Of a stretch of DNA of 64,000 nt, positions 14,236-27,553 are shown piece by piece. Under the pieces are notes generated by a model. That model saw only the letters and a list, made by a program, of their open reading frames with translations, was not told the origin of the DNA and did not search any database. Origin of the DNA: Octopus sinensis (Eukaryota); contig NC_043002.1 in assembly GCF_006345805.1 (NCBI RefSeq), positions 16,492,001 through 16,556,000 on the forward strand, written 5' to 3'. The first letter of the stretch is position 1; the number at the start of each line of letters is the position of its first letter. Made by a program: the position numbers and the translations under genes.

Positions 14236-15232
14236 ATATATATATATATATAGCGAGAGAGAGAGATGTACACACATACACACACCACACACATATATAT
14301 ATATATATATATTATATATATTATATATATATATAATATTAATGTATCAGCCTTCATTGTTAGAAATTTTATTTTCCTTATGATTACAGATTACAGAAAG
14401 ATTAGTTTAATATAAGAAGGTCCGAAGTCAGATAAATGTGTGGATTAAAATTTGATTATTATAGAGGAAGTAAAATGTTATAAATCGATGTTTATTCTTT
14501 AGTGCTGTTGCTGGTCTTGTCTACATCCTTCTAATTTTTCCTGCCAAGATATGTTTTATGCAAATATACGTGTGCCACTTTTTGGGGAATAAAATCGCTG
14601 GTATTTTTAGTAATCATACAACTCTACAATATGTTGTTAATCAAACCTATTGTAAATACAGGATTATACTGAGAAAATGTATGCATATATTGTAACACAT
14701 GTAACAGTGTTTAGTAAAGGAAGAAGTAAAGTCTTCCTTATTATTTCCGTAACATGGGAATTAGGAAGGTAATTTGTGGAGATGCTTTCAATAATAAAAT
14801 CTACCTGAGAGAGGTATATGAGCGACATCAGAAATAATCTAACGGAAATATCCAGTGTAAATTGGAGTGATTTTGATAATTAAATGTAGAATTTTATCAA
14901 GAAGTTTCAGACTTATCCATCACGAATAAGTATATCCGTCTTGCTCAATCTTGGCATTAAATTAAAATTTTAAAGATTTGTGTAAAAGGTGGATTATTAT
15001 ATCAGCTCTGCGGAATATTTGCACGGAAACAAGTAGTGCACGAGAAATAATATTTTCGTGGGTTTGAATATAACTTAATTTAATTCAAATTACGTATCTT
15101 GTAAAAAGTATACTAAATAGCTTGAAACGCCTATTCGATGAACAAGATTCAATTATAGTATTTTTATGGTTTATTCAACAGTAAAGCAGTAAGTTTAGTA
15201 TCTTACAGTAACTTCGAGACGGAGGTATGGAT

Positions 15233-15417
<185 letters not shown>

Positions 15418-15657
15418 AAGCTTCCTTGAAGAGTGTTATTTGGTCGGCAGTTTTGTGATCTAATGGTATTCGATAGATATAGGCTTTTAATGCTGACAAC
15501 GAACTAACACTACTGTGACGGTATGTGAACTGTATTCGCAAGGTAAAAATCGTGAACAAATCCAGCAATGTATCTATGTTTTTTTTTAATAATTATTAAT
15601 ATTTTATTAATATTCTAATATCTATTAATATTTATGTGAAACCCTTTAAAAGGTGCA

Positions 15658-15808
15658 GGAGAGGCTATGTTGTAAGTAGCTTACTTACCAACTACATGGT
15701 TTCGTGTTCATTCTAACTACGTGGTACCTTGGGCAAGTGTCCTACTATAGCCTCGTGCCGACCAAAGCCTTGTGAGTAGATTTGGTGACAAAAACTGAAA
15801 GAAGCCCG

Positions 15809-15866
<58 letters not shown>

Positions 15867-16078
15867 GTGTGTATACGTTTGTGTGTCTGTGTTTGTCCCC
15901 CAACATCGTTTGACAACCCATGAGTGGTGTTTACGTCCCCGTAACTTAGCGATTCGGAAATAGAGGCCGATAGAATACGTACTAGGCTTCCAAAACATAA
16001 GTCCTCGGTTCGATTTGCTCCACTAAAGGTGGTGCTCCAGCATGGCCGCAGTCGAATGACTGAAACAAGTAAAAGAGT
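15658..16078 (+). mobile_element. tRNA-derived SINE family 1
   Basis: Diverged copy of ggagtggctgtgtggtaag...accttgggcaagtgtc...gaaagaagcccgtc-(TA)n-...gtaaaagag. Confidence 0.9.
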
Positions 16079-16639
16079 AATAAATAGTAAAGAGTATTGA
16101 GCCCGGTCTTAATAGATATTTATTGATTTCCAAATGGTGACTGGCAAAGAGTTAAACGCTGAACACAGAGGAAAACGAAACTATATCATGAGCATTCTAT
16201 TCGACATTCTAAGGAATTTAAACATTCGCAGACTTTGTAAATAATAAGGCGGCAATAATGTGATGAGTACCGTCATATTTAATTCATTCTGCAGTAAAAA
16301 TGAAAAACATATTACTTTATCAACATCTGACAACTGAAAAGTGGAGAAACTTTGTCTATTAAAATGGCCTGTCATATTTATTAACTTTATTACAATTCGA
16401 CTGGACATATGATTTGCTTACTAAACTGTCTAAACCAGTAAGAGGCCCTGATCATGAGGCTGAACGATAAAGTCTAATGGCATAACATTACGTCAATATG
16501 ATTCAATAACTATGGGATAATGAATGTTACAAATACTTCTTAACACTGCAAGAAGATAAGATAATGGAAGATAAAATAAGAAAAAACTCACTTATGAATA
16601 GAAAATGAGAGGAAGCAATTTGGTGGCGACAAAATTTAG

Positions 16640-16830
16640 CGGACGGAAAATCATTAAGTTCCCCTCTCTAAAATGGACAAAGAATGAGTGACAGAATTTA
16701 GATAGAACAAGAAAGCGGCTAACAATTTACAACGCACACCATCCTAAAAGTAATATCAAGCGAATATATCTGAAAAGAAGGGCATTTGGTTTAGGAAAAC
16801 TAAATGCGGAAAACGCTTTTCATATTGCGA
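16640..16830 (+). pseudogene. R4/Dong-like LINE RT C-terminal remnant
   Basis: KWTKNE*QNLDRTRKRLTIYNAHHPKSNIKRIYLKRRAFGLG resembles the WT..EL..LDR.TRK.LT...AHHP.ADV.RLY..R..GGRGL motif of R4/Dong RTs. Confidence 0.65.
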
Positions 16831-16869
16831 ACGGGATTGAAAATTATGTTGCACAACATAAAGACATTC

Positions 16870-17251
16870 AGTGGTTCCCATGTCTTCTGATCTTAAGTGT
16901 TTGGAAATTTTATCATGCACATTGTTTTGTCACGGTATATGCATCATGTTCAGAGGAATTCTTTGGGATATTCAACTTCGGAAACATAGGTGTTTTGTTC
17001 AGCATTCTTAAACAACTCCCATTCAAGGAGCTTTTGAGTTGGATGGGCTGCTAGACCTCAACAAAATACTAACTGGGCCTCATCTGCAAGATTATGCGCC
17101 TCTTATATTGGTATGAAATTTCCATGTCGAGGACACATCGTTGTGATGTATGTGCATGGTGCACATTTTTAGGGCGCGAAGTCATAATATGTATGCTGAA
17201 CTTCGTGTAATTTACCCCAGTGTAACTTTGATGGCATCCACTTCTCTCGCA

Positions 17252-17254
<3 letters not shown>
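16870..17254 (+). mobile_element. 3' UTR-like fragment of an (AAT)n-associated LINE, family A copy 1
   Basis: Homologous to 17913-18469 (cttctgatcttaa..., tttaccccagtgt.a.tttgatggc); ends directly in (AAT)n. Confidence 0.6.
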
Positions 17255-17308
<54 letters not shown>

Positions 17309-17346
17309 TATAATAATAATAATAATAATGATAATAATAATAATAA

Positions 17347-17811
17347 CGTATCTGTCAAGACCTACCAAAAACTGAGCAAATATAAAGATCTTGAAATAGA
17401 AATCAGCAAAATGTGGAAGCTGAAGACTAAAACAATACCTGTTGTCATAGGTGCCCTGGGAATGATAGCGAAAGGGACTAATAATTGCTACCTAACTCAG
17501 ATACCAGGAAACCCCAAAATGGCAGAAATTCAAAAGATAGTGCTCATGGGAAATGCTCATATCCTACGCAAAATACTCTCTATGTAATCCCAAGGTTTAA
17601 AACAAACTTTTTTTAAATTTATATATTTATTTATTTTATTTTATTTTATTTTATTTATTTATTTATTTATTAATTTTATTTTTTATTTTTATGTACTAGA
17701 TATTCACTAGCACAACCCCCCCCCCCAAAAAAAAAAACCTGTTGTCTCTTGAGGTCTCTGGGTGAGACTTGGAGCCAACTTGTACAGACATAAAGCAAAA
17801 GTCAAACATAG
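17347..17811 (+). mobile_element. R4/Dong-like LINE 3' fragment with restriction-like endonuclease C-terminus
   Basis: VKTYQKLSKYKDLEIEISKMWKLKTKTIPVVIGALGMI...VLMGNAHILRKILSM* is the REL-domain tail of R2/R4-type elements. It is flanked on both sides by (AAT)n. Confidence 0.85.
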
Positions 17812-17838
17812 AATAATAATAATAATAATAATTATAAT

Positions 17839-17875
<37 letters not shown>

Positions 17876-17912
17876 GTAATAATAATAATATAATAATAAT
17901 AATAATAATAAA

Positions 17913-18469
17913 TACCCTGATGCAGCACCAGACATTGGCTCTCATAGCTTCTGATCTTAACTGATTGGAAGTGTTATCATGTACATTGTTTTGTTTTGGT
18001 ATAAAAGATGGGCTACAGCAAATATTCTGCTCAATACCACATATTTACTTGTCAGTTGTTTGACCTTAACCAGTTGAGCATGTCTCTTAGTGGCTGACGA
18101 TATGTGCATCTCTGATCACGAGCAGAATTAGTGGGAGAGCATCATAGCCATGTGTTGAAAGGAATTCTTAGAAGTTTGGATAGTTCACAATTGGAAACAT
18201 GGGCGGTTCGTTCAACATTCTTAAACAATCCTTATTCAGGAATCTTTTGAGCGGGATGGGCTACTCGACTAGAAGAAAATTCTAAATGGGCCCCACCTGC
18301 AAGGTCAAGCGCAGTTTATCTTGATAGGATGTCACCATGTCACGCACATATGATTGTGATGCATGTGCCTGGTGTACTCTTATTAGACGGGTAGTCATGA
18401 TGGGTATACTGGGCTTCTTATATTTTACCCCAGTGTCAATTTGATGGCGTGCACTGCTCTCTCTCACTC
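17913..18469 (+). mobile_element. 3' UTR-like fragment of an (AAT)n-associated LINE, family A copy 2
   Basis: Longer homolog of 16870-17254; followed by (CAA)n(TAA)n(GAA)n. Confidence 0.6.
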
Positions 18470-18559
<90 letters not shown>

Positions 18560-19782
18560 AAGAAAACAAAGTCGTCCTCCTACAATTCATCCTCATTACC
18601 TTCACACTCATTAATACCAGGAAATTTGATAAACCAAGTGGTCAGTAGAAACAGAAAAACTTCCCTTAGCACACACAACAAGATTATTTTTAAAAGGGTG
18701 TGCACTTTAGATATTGCTATCCTATGCTCAATATGATTAGAAGCAAGATGGCTGGGTGAAAACTGCGAAGTACTCCATCATATGCATGTCGGAAAAGAGC
18801 TCACATGTTTTAATATCAATTTGTTACATGATTATCGAAATACATAATTAGCATAATGATTTTCTTCATTCTGACGATACTACATTCCACGTGATTGTCA
18901 TTCCCGGAGAGACAGATACCGCCAATTTTATCCGTATGAAAATTCACCTTTTATTATGGCTAAATTTATCGTGTGCATTGTTTTTAGTTCGGATAGTTAC
19001 CTAGAGACTGAAGCATGCTGAATTTATTTAGAGATGTAGAAGCTCCAGAATTCCGAACTTGACGCTTCCTCTGTGATAAGAAAAAAAAGAAAACGACTGG
19101 TTTAGTTATCTCACGTGTATATAGGAGTATAAAATATTTGACGTTAAGGGGCTATGTGCGTGGGGAATGTGGAGAGGTGCGAGTAAATCTTCGTATGTGA
19201 TGTGGTTTAAATACCGAAGTAAAAGCTAGCAATGCAGAATTGATATGTGACGCCCGCAGATGTGGATGATACACCCAATGTAGAGGAGATAATTATTATG
19301 TATCTAGAATATGAATGGATATATAAGAAAAAAAACGGGAGGCAAAGATGAATCATAACAAAAATGCTAATTGAAAATAAATAAGTAAAATGTAATTATA
19401 GAAAATTGATATGTTCTATATGTTGTGTGTTTGAAAGTGTAATTGGAAGATAAGAGAACAATGTTTCAGGGAAAAATCAAACTTGTATGAAATCAATTAA
19501 AATGGATTGGAATATTTTCGGATATATATGATCATACACCGAAAATGATTCTATCTCTATTTAAGCGTGAATATGCTTATATTTGTTTATATATCTTTTT
19601 TTCTACATGTACCTCAGCTTGCATGCATATATACGTTGGCACGTTTCTTCACATGTGCATATAAATATACATACAATACATATATATATATATATATAAA
19701 TATATATATTATATGTATATATATGTATATACATATATATATATATACATGTATATATACGTATGTATATAATATATATATA

Positions 19783-19831
<49 letters not shown>

Positions 19832-19977
19832 AAGAGCAATAAAGATTCAAGTTAATTTAAAAAAATTTACTTGAATATGGTACCTAACTTAGATGCACCA
19901 AAAAAAACTATACTGATTTAACAATACAGTAATGTGGGGTGATTATAAGCGAGAAGAAGCAACAAGAATGGATAGAT

Positions 19978-20068
19978 TTTTAGTACGATCGTTTCATACA
20001 AGGACAGGTTTTATTAAAAGTTGCAAAGGTTACAGCATATAAACGAGTCCCGTACTCATCAGCTAAAA
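19978..20068 (-). ncRNA. Type I hammerhead ribozyme motif (left arm of palindrome)
   Basis: Reverse complement of the 20969-21059 motif with core intact; predicted cut between 19984 and 19983. Confidence 0.8.
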
Positions 20069-20968
20069 TACATGTAAGTTCTCTAGACATCCTAGTGTTT
20101 GAGGCTATACTCATGAAGTAATGTAGATAATTAAACAGATTTCTAAAGTTCATTAAAGTTCTTTAAAGATGATGTATAGTCTTATCACAGAATATTAAAA
20201 AAGTTTTGATAGCATCACAGAGAAGGTGACCTAATCCATATGAATTTCCATAGATATGATGAGGGATTATATACTCACAGAGACAAATTTATCCATTGTT
20301 ATTAGCATTACAGAGAGGGTGAATTAATCCTTTGTATATATGCACAGATTCCAATGGTGTAGATGTAAATTTCCAGAGAAATGGAGATGAATTTCATATT
20401 CACAGGCGATAAATTTTACAATGGTTGAACACAATGAGGTAGGTACCATCCTTGTTATATGGTTAGGTGTTTGCCATATTAATCACATTACTGCTATTCA
20501 CAAGAGGCTGTAGCTATTTAGCTACAGCCTCTTGTGAATAGCAGTAATGTGATTAATATGGCAAACACCTAACCATATAACAAGGATTGGTACCTACCTC
20601 ATTGTGTTCAACCATTGTAAAATTTATCGCCTGTGAATATGAAATTCATCTCCATTTCTCTGGAAATTTACATCTACACCATTGGAATCTGTGCATATAT
20701 ACAAAGGATTAATTCACCCTCTCTGTAATGCTAATAACAATGGATAAATTTGTCTTCTGTGAGTATATAATCCCTCATCATATCTATGGAAATTCATATG
20801 GATTAGGTCACCTTCTCTGTGATGCTATCAAAACTTTTTTAATATTCTGTGATAAGACTATACATCATCTTTAAAGAACTTTAATGAACTTTAGAAATCT
20901 GTTTAATTATCTACATTACTTCATGAGTATAGCCTCAAACACTAGGATGTCTAGAGAACTTACATGTA

Positions 20969-21059
20969 TTTTAGCTGATGAGTACGGGACTCGTTTATAT
21001 GCTGTAACCTTTGCAACTTTTAATAAAACCTGTCCTTGTATGAAACGATCGTACTAAAA
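20969..21059 (+). ncRNA. Type I hammerhead ribozyme motif (right arm of palindrome)
   Basis: Stem I uuuuag/cuaaaa; core CUGAUGA (20975-81); stem II guacgggac/guccuuguau with a long loop; GAAAC-gauc-GUA with palindromic stem III ACGAUCGU; predicted cut after 21053. Confidence 0.8.
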
Positions 21060-21090
21060 ACCTATCCATTCTTGTTGCTTCTTTCTCGCG

Positions 21091-21124
<34 letters not shown>

Positions 21125-21220
21125 TATGTATTAATAGCATTATTATTAAAATAAGGAAATTAATATCCAAACTCCTCATGATGATTTACCCGTGTGAAAA
21201 TAGTTATTGTATTAAAATTA

Positions 21221-21377
21221 GGAGTGGCTGTGTGGTAAGTAGCTTGCTTACCAACCACATGGTTCCGGTTCAGTCCCATTGCGTGGCATTTTGGGCAAGT
21301 GTCTTCTGCTATAGCCCCCAGCCGACCAATGCTTTGTGAGTGGATTGGTAGACGGAAACTGAAAGAAGCCTGTCGTA

Positions 21378-21413
<36 letters not shown>

Positions 21414-21417
21414 TATG

Positions 21418-21482
<65 letters not shown>

Positions 21483-21677
21483 GTCCCTCTAGCATTGCTT
21501 CACAACCGATGCTGGTGTGTTTACGTCCCCGTCACTTACCGGTTCGGCAAAAGATACCGATAGAATAAGTACTGGGCTTACAAAGAATAAGTCCCGGGGT
21601 CGATTTGCTCGACTAAAGGCGGTGCTCCAGCATGGCTGCAGTCAAATGACTGAAACAAGTAAAAGAGTAAAAGAGTA
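21221..21677 (+). mobile_element. tRNA-derived SINE family 1, full length
   Basis: Head ggagtggctgtgtggtaagtagc...ggttcagtccc (A/B-box-like), internal (TA)n(TG)n, tail (gtaaaaga)n. Confidence 0.92.
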
Positions 21678-21790
21678 AATAAATAAATATATATAGATAT
21701 ATATAAAAATATATGTAAATATGTATAATAATAAATATAATGTTTAAATATTTTTGATAGTTGAAAAGATTTGAATTATTTATTTAAAGC

Positions 21791-21867
21791 ATCTTACGAT
21801 CGTTTCACAGAAGAGTTGTCCCTATAATGATAAGCATTTATTAACAACGCTTCTGCTCTTCAGAGAT
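21791..21867 (-). ncRNA. Type I hammerhead ribozyme motif
   Basis: Minus strand: aucu CUGAAGA gcagaag-c-guugu...acaac-u-cuucugu GAAAC gauc GUA agau. Stem I is 4 bp, stem II about 12 bp, and stem III is the palindrome ACGAUCGU. Confidence 0.8.
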
Positions 21868-22107
21868 ATAAAATATGAATTCTGTATAACATATCGAATA
21901 GTAGTTTTTTCTCTTTAATTTGAAGTCAAACGGTAAAATGGTGTTTGTTTAAAATATAAATTAAAAATTAAAATTTAATACTTTTGATGAGTGTCTTTAA
22001 ATCCATATATACTTCCTTGGTTATTCTTCTGCAATAATCCATGATATTCATACGTAAAATGCGCTATATGATCTGTATTCCAAATATAGTTCATATAGTT
22101 ATTTTAG

Positions 22108-22167
<60 letters not shown>

Positions 22168-22319
22168 GTAGACAAACGCGACGAGCTATCATTCTGTAAG
22201 AAACGTACGATATTTAAAGCCGCATGGAGACGAATAAATCGCTTTTGAATAATAATAATAGTAATAATAAGCATCATGGAAGTGGCTCAAAAAGAGTTAC
22301 CTAAGAAAGAATACTGAAA

Positions 22320-23050
22320 GCCTAATCATCGCTGCCCAGGTCCAGGCATTGAATACCAACTCAATGAGAAAGTATATATACCAAACACGTGCAACGGACC
22401 TCTGCAGAATGTGTGGAAAGAGGGTAGAAAACGTGACTGACATTCGTAGTGCTTTTGGAAGTCTTGCGCGGAAAGAGTACAAGCGTGTACACGGAAAAGT
22501 AGCCCAAAACCTCCACTGGTAACTATGACGTTAGGGGTACTTTGTAGCAACATAGACCGGAAGAGGTTATGGACTAAAACGGAAGGCAAGCAACCTCAGG
22601 GAATTTGACTACCAGATAGATGAGATGTTAGAACGCCCGAAGACCGGATATAGTAACCTTTAGGAGAGGCAAACAAGAAGCTTAATAATTGAGGTGGCAG
22701 TGCCAGGATATCAGCATATCATAATGAAAGGAAGAGAAAATGTAGATAAATATGGAGATCCGAAAACAGAGATTGCTATGATGTGGTAGCTACGAGAGTC
22801 GAACATAAAGCTTATCCCTATTGTCATCAGAGCATTGGGTTCAATACCACCCAATCTGAGAAAAACTTCTGAAAACTTTAGAAAAGTCATACAGTCTAGG
22901 TTTATTGCAAAAGTCGACATTAGTTGGAACTGCACGAATATTTGGTAAAGTACTGACAGTGCCTTGTTGTGATTTGACAAACCTCCGGTAGACATAATAT
23001 GTACAATCAGCAATCTCATGATATTGAATACTGTGGAACGTCGATAAAAA
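22320..23050 (+). pseudogene. Degenerate R4/Dong-like LINE: CCHC knuckle and REL endonuclease region
   Basis: AAQVQALNTN...CRMCGKRVENV...LARKEYKRVHGKVAQNLHW, then SLIIEVAVP...KY.D...EI..MW...LIPIVIRALGSIP with stops and frameshifts; followed by an (ATT)/(AAT) array. Confidence 0.8.
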
Positions 23051-23110
23051 TATATTAGTATTAATAATACTAATGATGATCCTAATAATAATATTTATTA
23101 TTATTATTAC

Positions 23111-23149
<39 letters not shown>

Positions 23150-23240
23150 GATTATTATAAGAACAACAACAACAACAATAATAATAATGAAAATAAGAAA
23201 AATAATAATAATCTTAATAATAATCATAATAATAATAATA

Positions 23241-23291
<51 letters not shown>

Positions 23292-23369
23292 AATATGCAT
23301 GCATACATGCAAACAAATGCAGATACAGGTGCCCCAATGCAAAGTTGATTGTGTATATCACCATTAAAC

Positions 23370-23620
23370 ATGATATTGGTGTCCTACATTGTGGCAGGTA
23401 GGCCCACTCGAGTAGTTTGATGATATTGACTGGTATCTATCCATGTATAGGTGACATGTTTGGTATTACTTGAATAAATTTTTCCAGGACTTGATTCAAT
23501 GTGATGGGATCATTTTCTTGAAATTTGTTTTGGAATAATGTCAAACAGAGCAATGTCTGTGGAGAAAAGAAATTTTGTTACAGCGACTTTAAGTGTTGTG
23601 AGCCTTAATCGTGTAGTTAG
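23370..23620 (-). pseudogene. LINE ORF2 C-terminal remnant (same group as 13943-14176)
   Basis: Frameshifted DPITL..VL.KFIQVIPNMSPIHG*IPVNIIKLLEW aligns by eye with DPINFKRSLDRFIQKIPDQLPIIGYNSPNKNSLLE. Confidence 0.55.
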
Positions 23621-24201
23621 CGCATTGCACGTGGCACCAGCTGTCGATGAAGGTGATATTGTGTTATATTCTCCGCAGTGTGCAAATGATGTAGCGCTCA
23701 TGGCCCTGAAGAGGATAAAATTGAAATGTCTGTAGGCAGTCCCAATATCAGGATTAGCCAGAACGTGTGTGTGTTGTTGTTGCTGTTATATGAATTGTAA
23801 CATTTTCGCCAGATTGACACTACCAGATCCGGTGGCCATTGGAAATAGTAGCGATATCCCTACCAGCGACATACACAGAATTTGAGAACATAATGAGGCA
23901 CTGGTGTCATAGTAGTTCGTGGGCTTAATGAAAATAATTATTTTCACCAGAAGCAGTGTTAATGCCAAAAGTTAATAATTATTCTTCCTCACGTAAAATT
24001 GGAAATTTTGTTAAATCACAGAATACTGTAATAGTCACAATGAGGTAAATTCTCATATGGGATTATGGTGCATATAAGCAGTGCCGTTCACATCGCTAGC
24101 GATATAAACAAGTGTGTTTATATGTCCCACAATGTCATATGGGAAGTTGCCTCATGGTAACTATTGCAGTGGTCTATATTCTAACACACCATACATATAA
24201 T

Positions 24202-24273
24202 AAACTTAGATAAACTTAGATATGTTTCGACCAAAGATTGGTCCGGCCAAGTCTAACTTTATAGCACCACTTG
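24202..24273 (-). mobile_element. Very short LINE 3' terminus with (atctaagttt)2 tail
   Basis: Matches 13943-14005; the taaacttaga unit is present twice. Confidence 0.7.
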
Positions 24274-25925
24274 ATATATATATATATATATATATTGCAA
24301 GAGGATGAAATAAAGAGTCTTTAACTAAAAATCTGTGCATCAGTAGTGGCTCTTAGTTGTTCACATTTCCATATTATAAATATCATCTTATAGGTCATAT
24401 AATGCCTGTTCATTCCAGGTACTTGCTTCATTTGAAATCTGCTCACATTACTGAAGAGATATTCATATCAAGAGACTGCTGATCTGTGTTAGGATACATA
24501 CATTTTCTTGTCTCTGTTAAACAACAATATCTAGCTTGTTATGTTTACACTTGACAGGTGATTTGATGTGATTGTTCCCTCCAATATTCTTTGTATTTTT
24601 GCTTATGTTTGTATACAATAATAGGGTGTTTGTATGTATTTCATCCAGGAAAGCCTTTTCTTTTAAGAATGACATTCTATATTATTTTGCAATAACATCT
24701 AGCCTGAGTTGGGAAAAATTTGAGGCAACTGAAAATCATATGTGTGATGGCATTTCACAGAAATATGACATAATCAACATTTTCGGTGGCATCTTGAAAC
24801 TCTAATGGCTTCACTTCTTTTATTTTCTTTTTAGTAGGGGTTTCGTAGTAAATTTCTGTTCTTTGAATGCAAATTCATAGCCTTCGGAGTATGACGTGGC
24901 TTAGCAAGCAGGAGCTCAAGAATTACTATGTTTCATGTCAACATTATTTCGGGAAACACTCCAATGCATAGCCTTTTTGGAATGATAAGAGTTTGACATC
25001 CAGGCCTCCTTTCAGGTATGTTAGTTCGTCTGTTTTAGGTCATCAGAAACTGAGTGCTCCCTGAGGAGCTCAACGTCGACACGTAGGATTATGCCCTCTT
25101 CACTTTTGAGCAATAATATAATGTATATATTTATGAAGCACTGTGCGAGAAAGAGAGTCATTACGAAATTCGAAGGCTGTCTACATTGATCTCTTGCTTG
25201 TAAGTGCTTCATCTTTTCATAAGTAGAGTCTTTCGATATCACTGTTTCCGTAGAGATTTCCAGTTTATGTCAGTATGTTGCGGGGTTTATATCCACAGCA
25301 GATCAGTTATGTATACCAAATGTTAGAATCAACATCGGTTCTGCTAATGCAGAGTGGGAGTGTGTGTTGTTGTAAAAAGAGAGTTCCCATTACAATATCC
25401 TTCTTTTTTCTTCAAAGTCGGATAACAAATTCGCGAGTATTACTAAGTTTATTCAGAAAACGAGTATGTATATAGGCATATATGTATGAATGAATGAATG
25501 CATGTGTGTATATTTGAATGTGTGTATGTACGTATGTATGTTAGTATGTATGTAAGTAAGGAGGGTGGATGAATGGATACTTGCATGCATGCATGCATGT
25601 AAGTATGTATGTACGTATGAATGCATGGATGTTGGTATGTACGTATGTATGTATCATCACAGTGAAAACATCACCAGAACCACACTTTTGCTGACTATGA
25701 TATCATCAACAATATCCTTTGTCTGTATTACCCACAGCTATCAGCCACTACGTTGTCATCTCTTAGGTCTTGCTATTTCACTTTGTCTACAGACATGTCT
25801 GTCGACTATTTTAAGATGGCTTTCAAGACATGATGTATTATCATTACAGTTAATTATGAATAGCCTTTGTCAGACTTCATTCGTCGACATATTTATTGCA
25901 TGTGCGTTACATTCACTACCCCTGC

Positions 25926-25981
<56 letters not shown>

Positions 25982-26020
25982 GTATAGATATATAGATAGA
26001 TAGATAGATAGATATGTATG

Positions 26021-26067
<47 letters not shown>

Positions 26068-26757
26068 CATATATAATATATATGATATATAATATATAAT
26101 ATAATATATATATGTGATGCATGTATATGTATATACACACATAGACAATAATAGATAGATAGATAAATAGGCACATACATACATGCATACATGCATACAT
26201 ACATACATACATACATACATACATACATACATACATACATACATACATACATACATACATACATACATACATACATACATAATACATACATACATAGAAA
26301 CGGCATACCTTAAACTTTTACAATTTTATATGAATAAAAAAATAAATGTAACTTTTGAAATTTCATATTCAATTTATTTCACCTATTCTGTGGTTTTTCT
26401 TTTCCTCTTTTTCATGTCATATGACTAGTCTCGTCTTCATTTTCATGCAATACATTTCATACCATTTGCGGTTCACGGGCAGAAACAAACTGCGGCAATT
26501 CGTGACAGAATTGCTAGATCACAGTTTGATTCACAGCAGCACAATCTGGTTTGATAGAATTCCCAATGCACTGAAATACATATGTAAGATCCGTAAAGGT
26601 ATGCACGCAGATATACAGGTATTCCTTCATATTTATATACGCTTTCATGTACACCATATAATACTGGCATAGATATACACGTCTATATAGACATATATGA
26701 ATATGAATGTATACGTAGCTGCATTTCAATATATAAATATATTCATGTATATATATA

Positions 26758-26810
<53 letters not shown>

Positions 26811-26913
26811 TGTACGTATGTATATGCATATATATATGTATATATATATATATATATACACAGAGAGAAGTATACATAGATGCATAAATAAATACTTACA
26901 TACACACACACAC

Positions 26914-27033
<120 letters not shown>

Positions 27034-27553
27034 TAATTTACAATAATATGATTAACGATATATTAAGATATATTAAATACATTATAATTTAGCTTGCTAA
27101 AGGAATTAAAGCCAAAAAGTAAAATTAATGAATGAGGGTGAAAAATACCTGCTACACTTGCTAGAAATGAGAGCTACAATTTAAATCGAACGGTCACACA
27201 AACACTAACCCCATGAAATAATATGGTCTGCGAGCGTCCAGCCACAACATCATTCATTGGTGACAAACACTCGCAGAATGAAGTAGTTTGATAATATGTT
27301 ATCACGTGATTTCGAAATGTGATCAGCAGTATCTTGTTTCTGAACAGACGTTTCTACAATTACTCCGGTTTAAAATACATAGCATCGTTCCCATGCTTTC
27401 ATGATAAAAAAGATCGTTGTAAAGCGAGCGCTAAAATTCAAGACTGTTAATATGTATAGTAACAAACAATAAGGTTTTTCAGTATAATAATATATTAATA
27501 TATTAAGATATATTAAATGCATTATAATTTTGGTGGCTATTGCAATTTACACC

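Larger units (their letters stand above)
19949..21089. mobile_element. 1.14-kb near-perfect palindrome (arms ~570 bp, 2-nt spacer at 20517-20518), Penelope-like or retrozyme-type inverted duplication
   Basis: Centre gtagcta-tt-tagctac; arms are reverse complements out to gcgagaag / ctttctcgc. The right end abuts (TA)n, and each arm has a hammerhead near its outer end. Confidence 0.9.

Noticed and set aside
25062-25092. ctgaggagctcaacgtcgacacgtagg as a hammerhead
   Set aside because: GACAC instead of GAAAC, no stem II, and only a 3-bp stem I.
26463-26570. 108-nt minus-strand segment with good splice signals
   Set aside because: All three frames contain a stop, so it cannot be an internal coding exon; a terminal or non-coding exon cannot be excluded.
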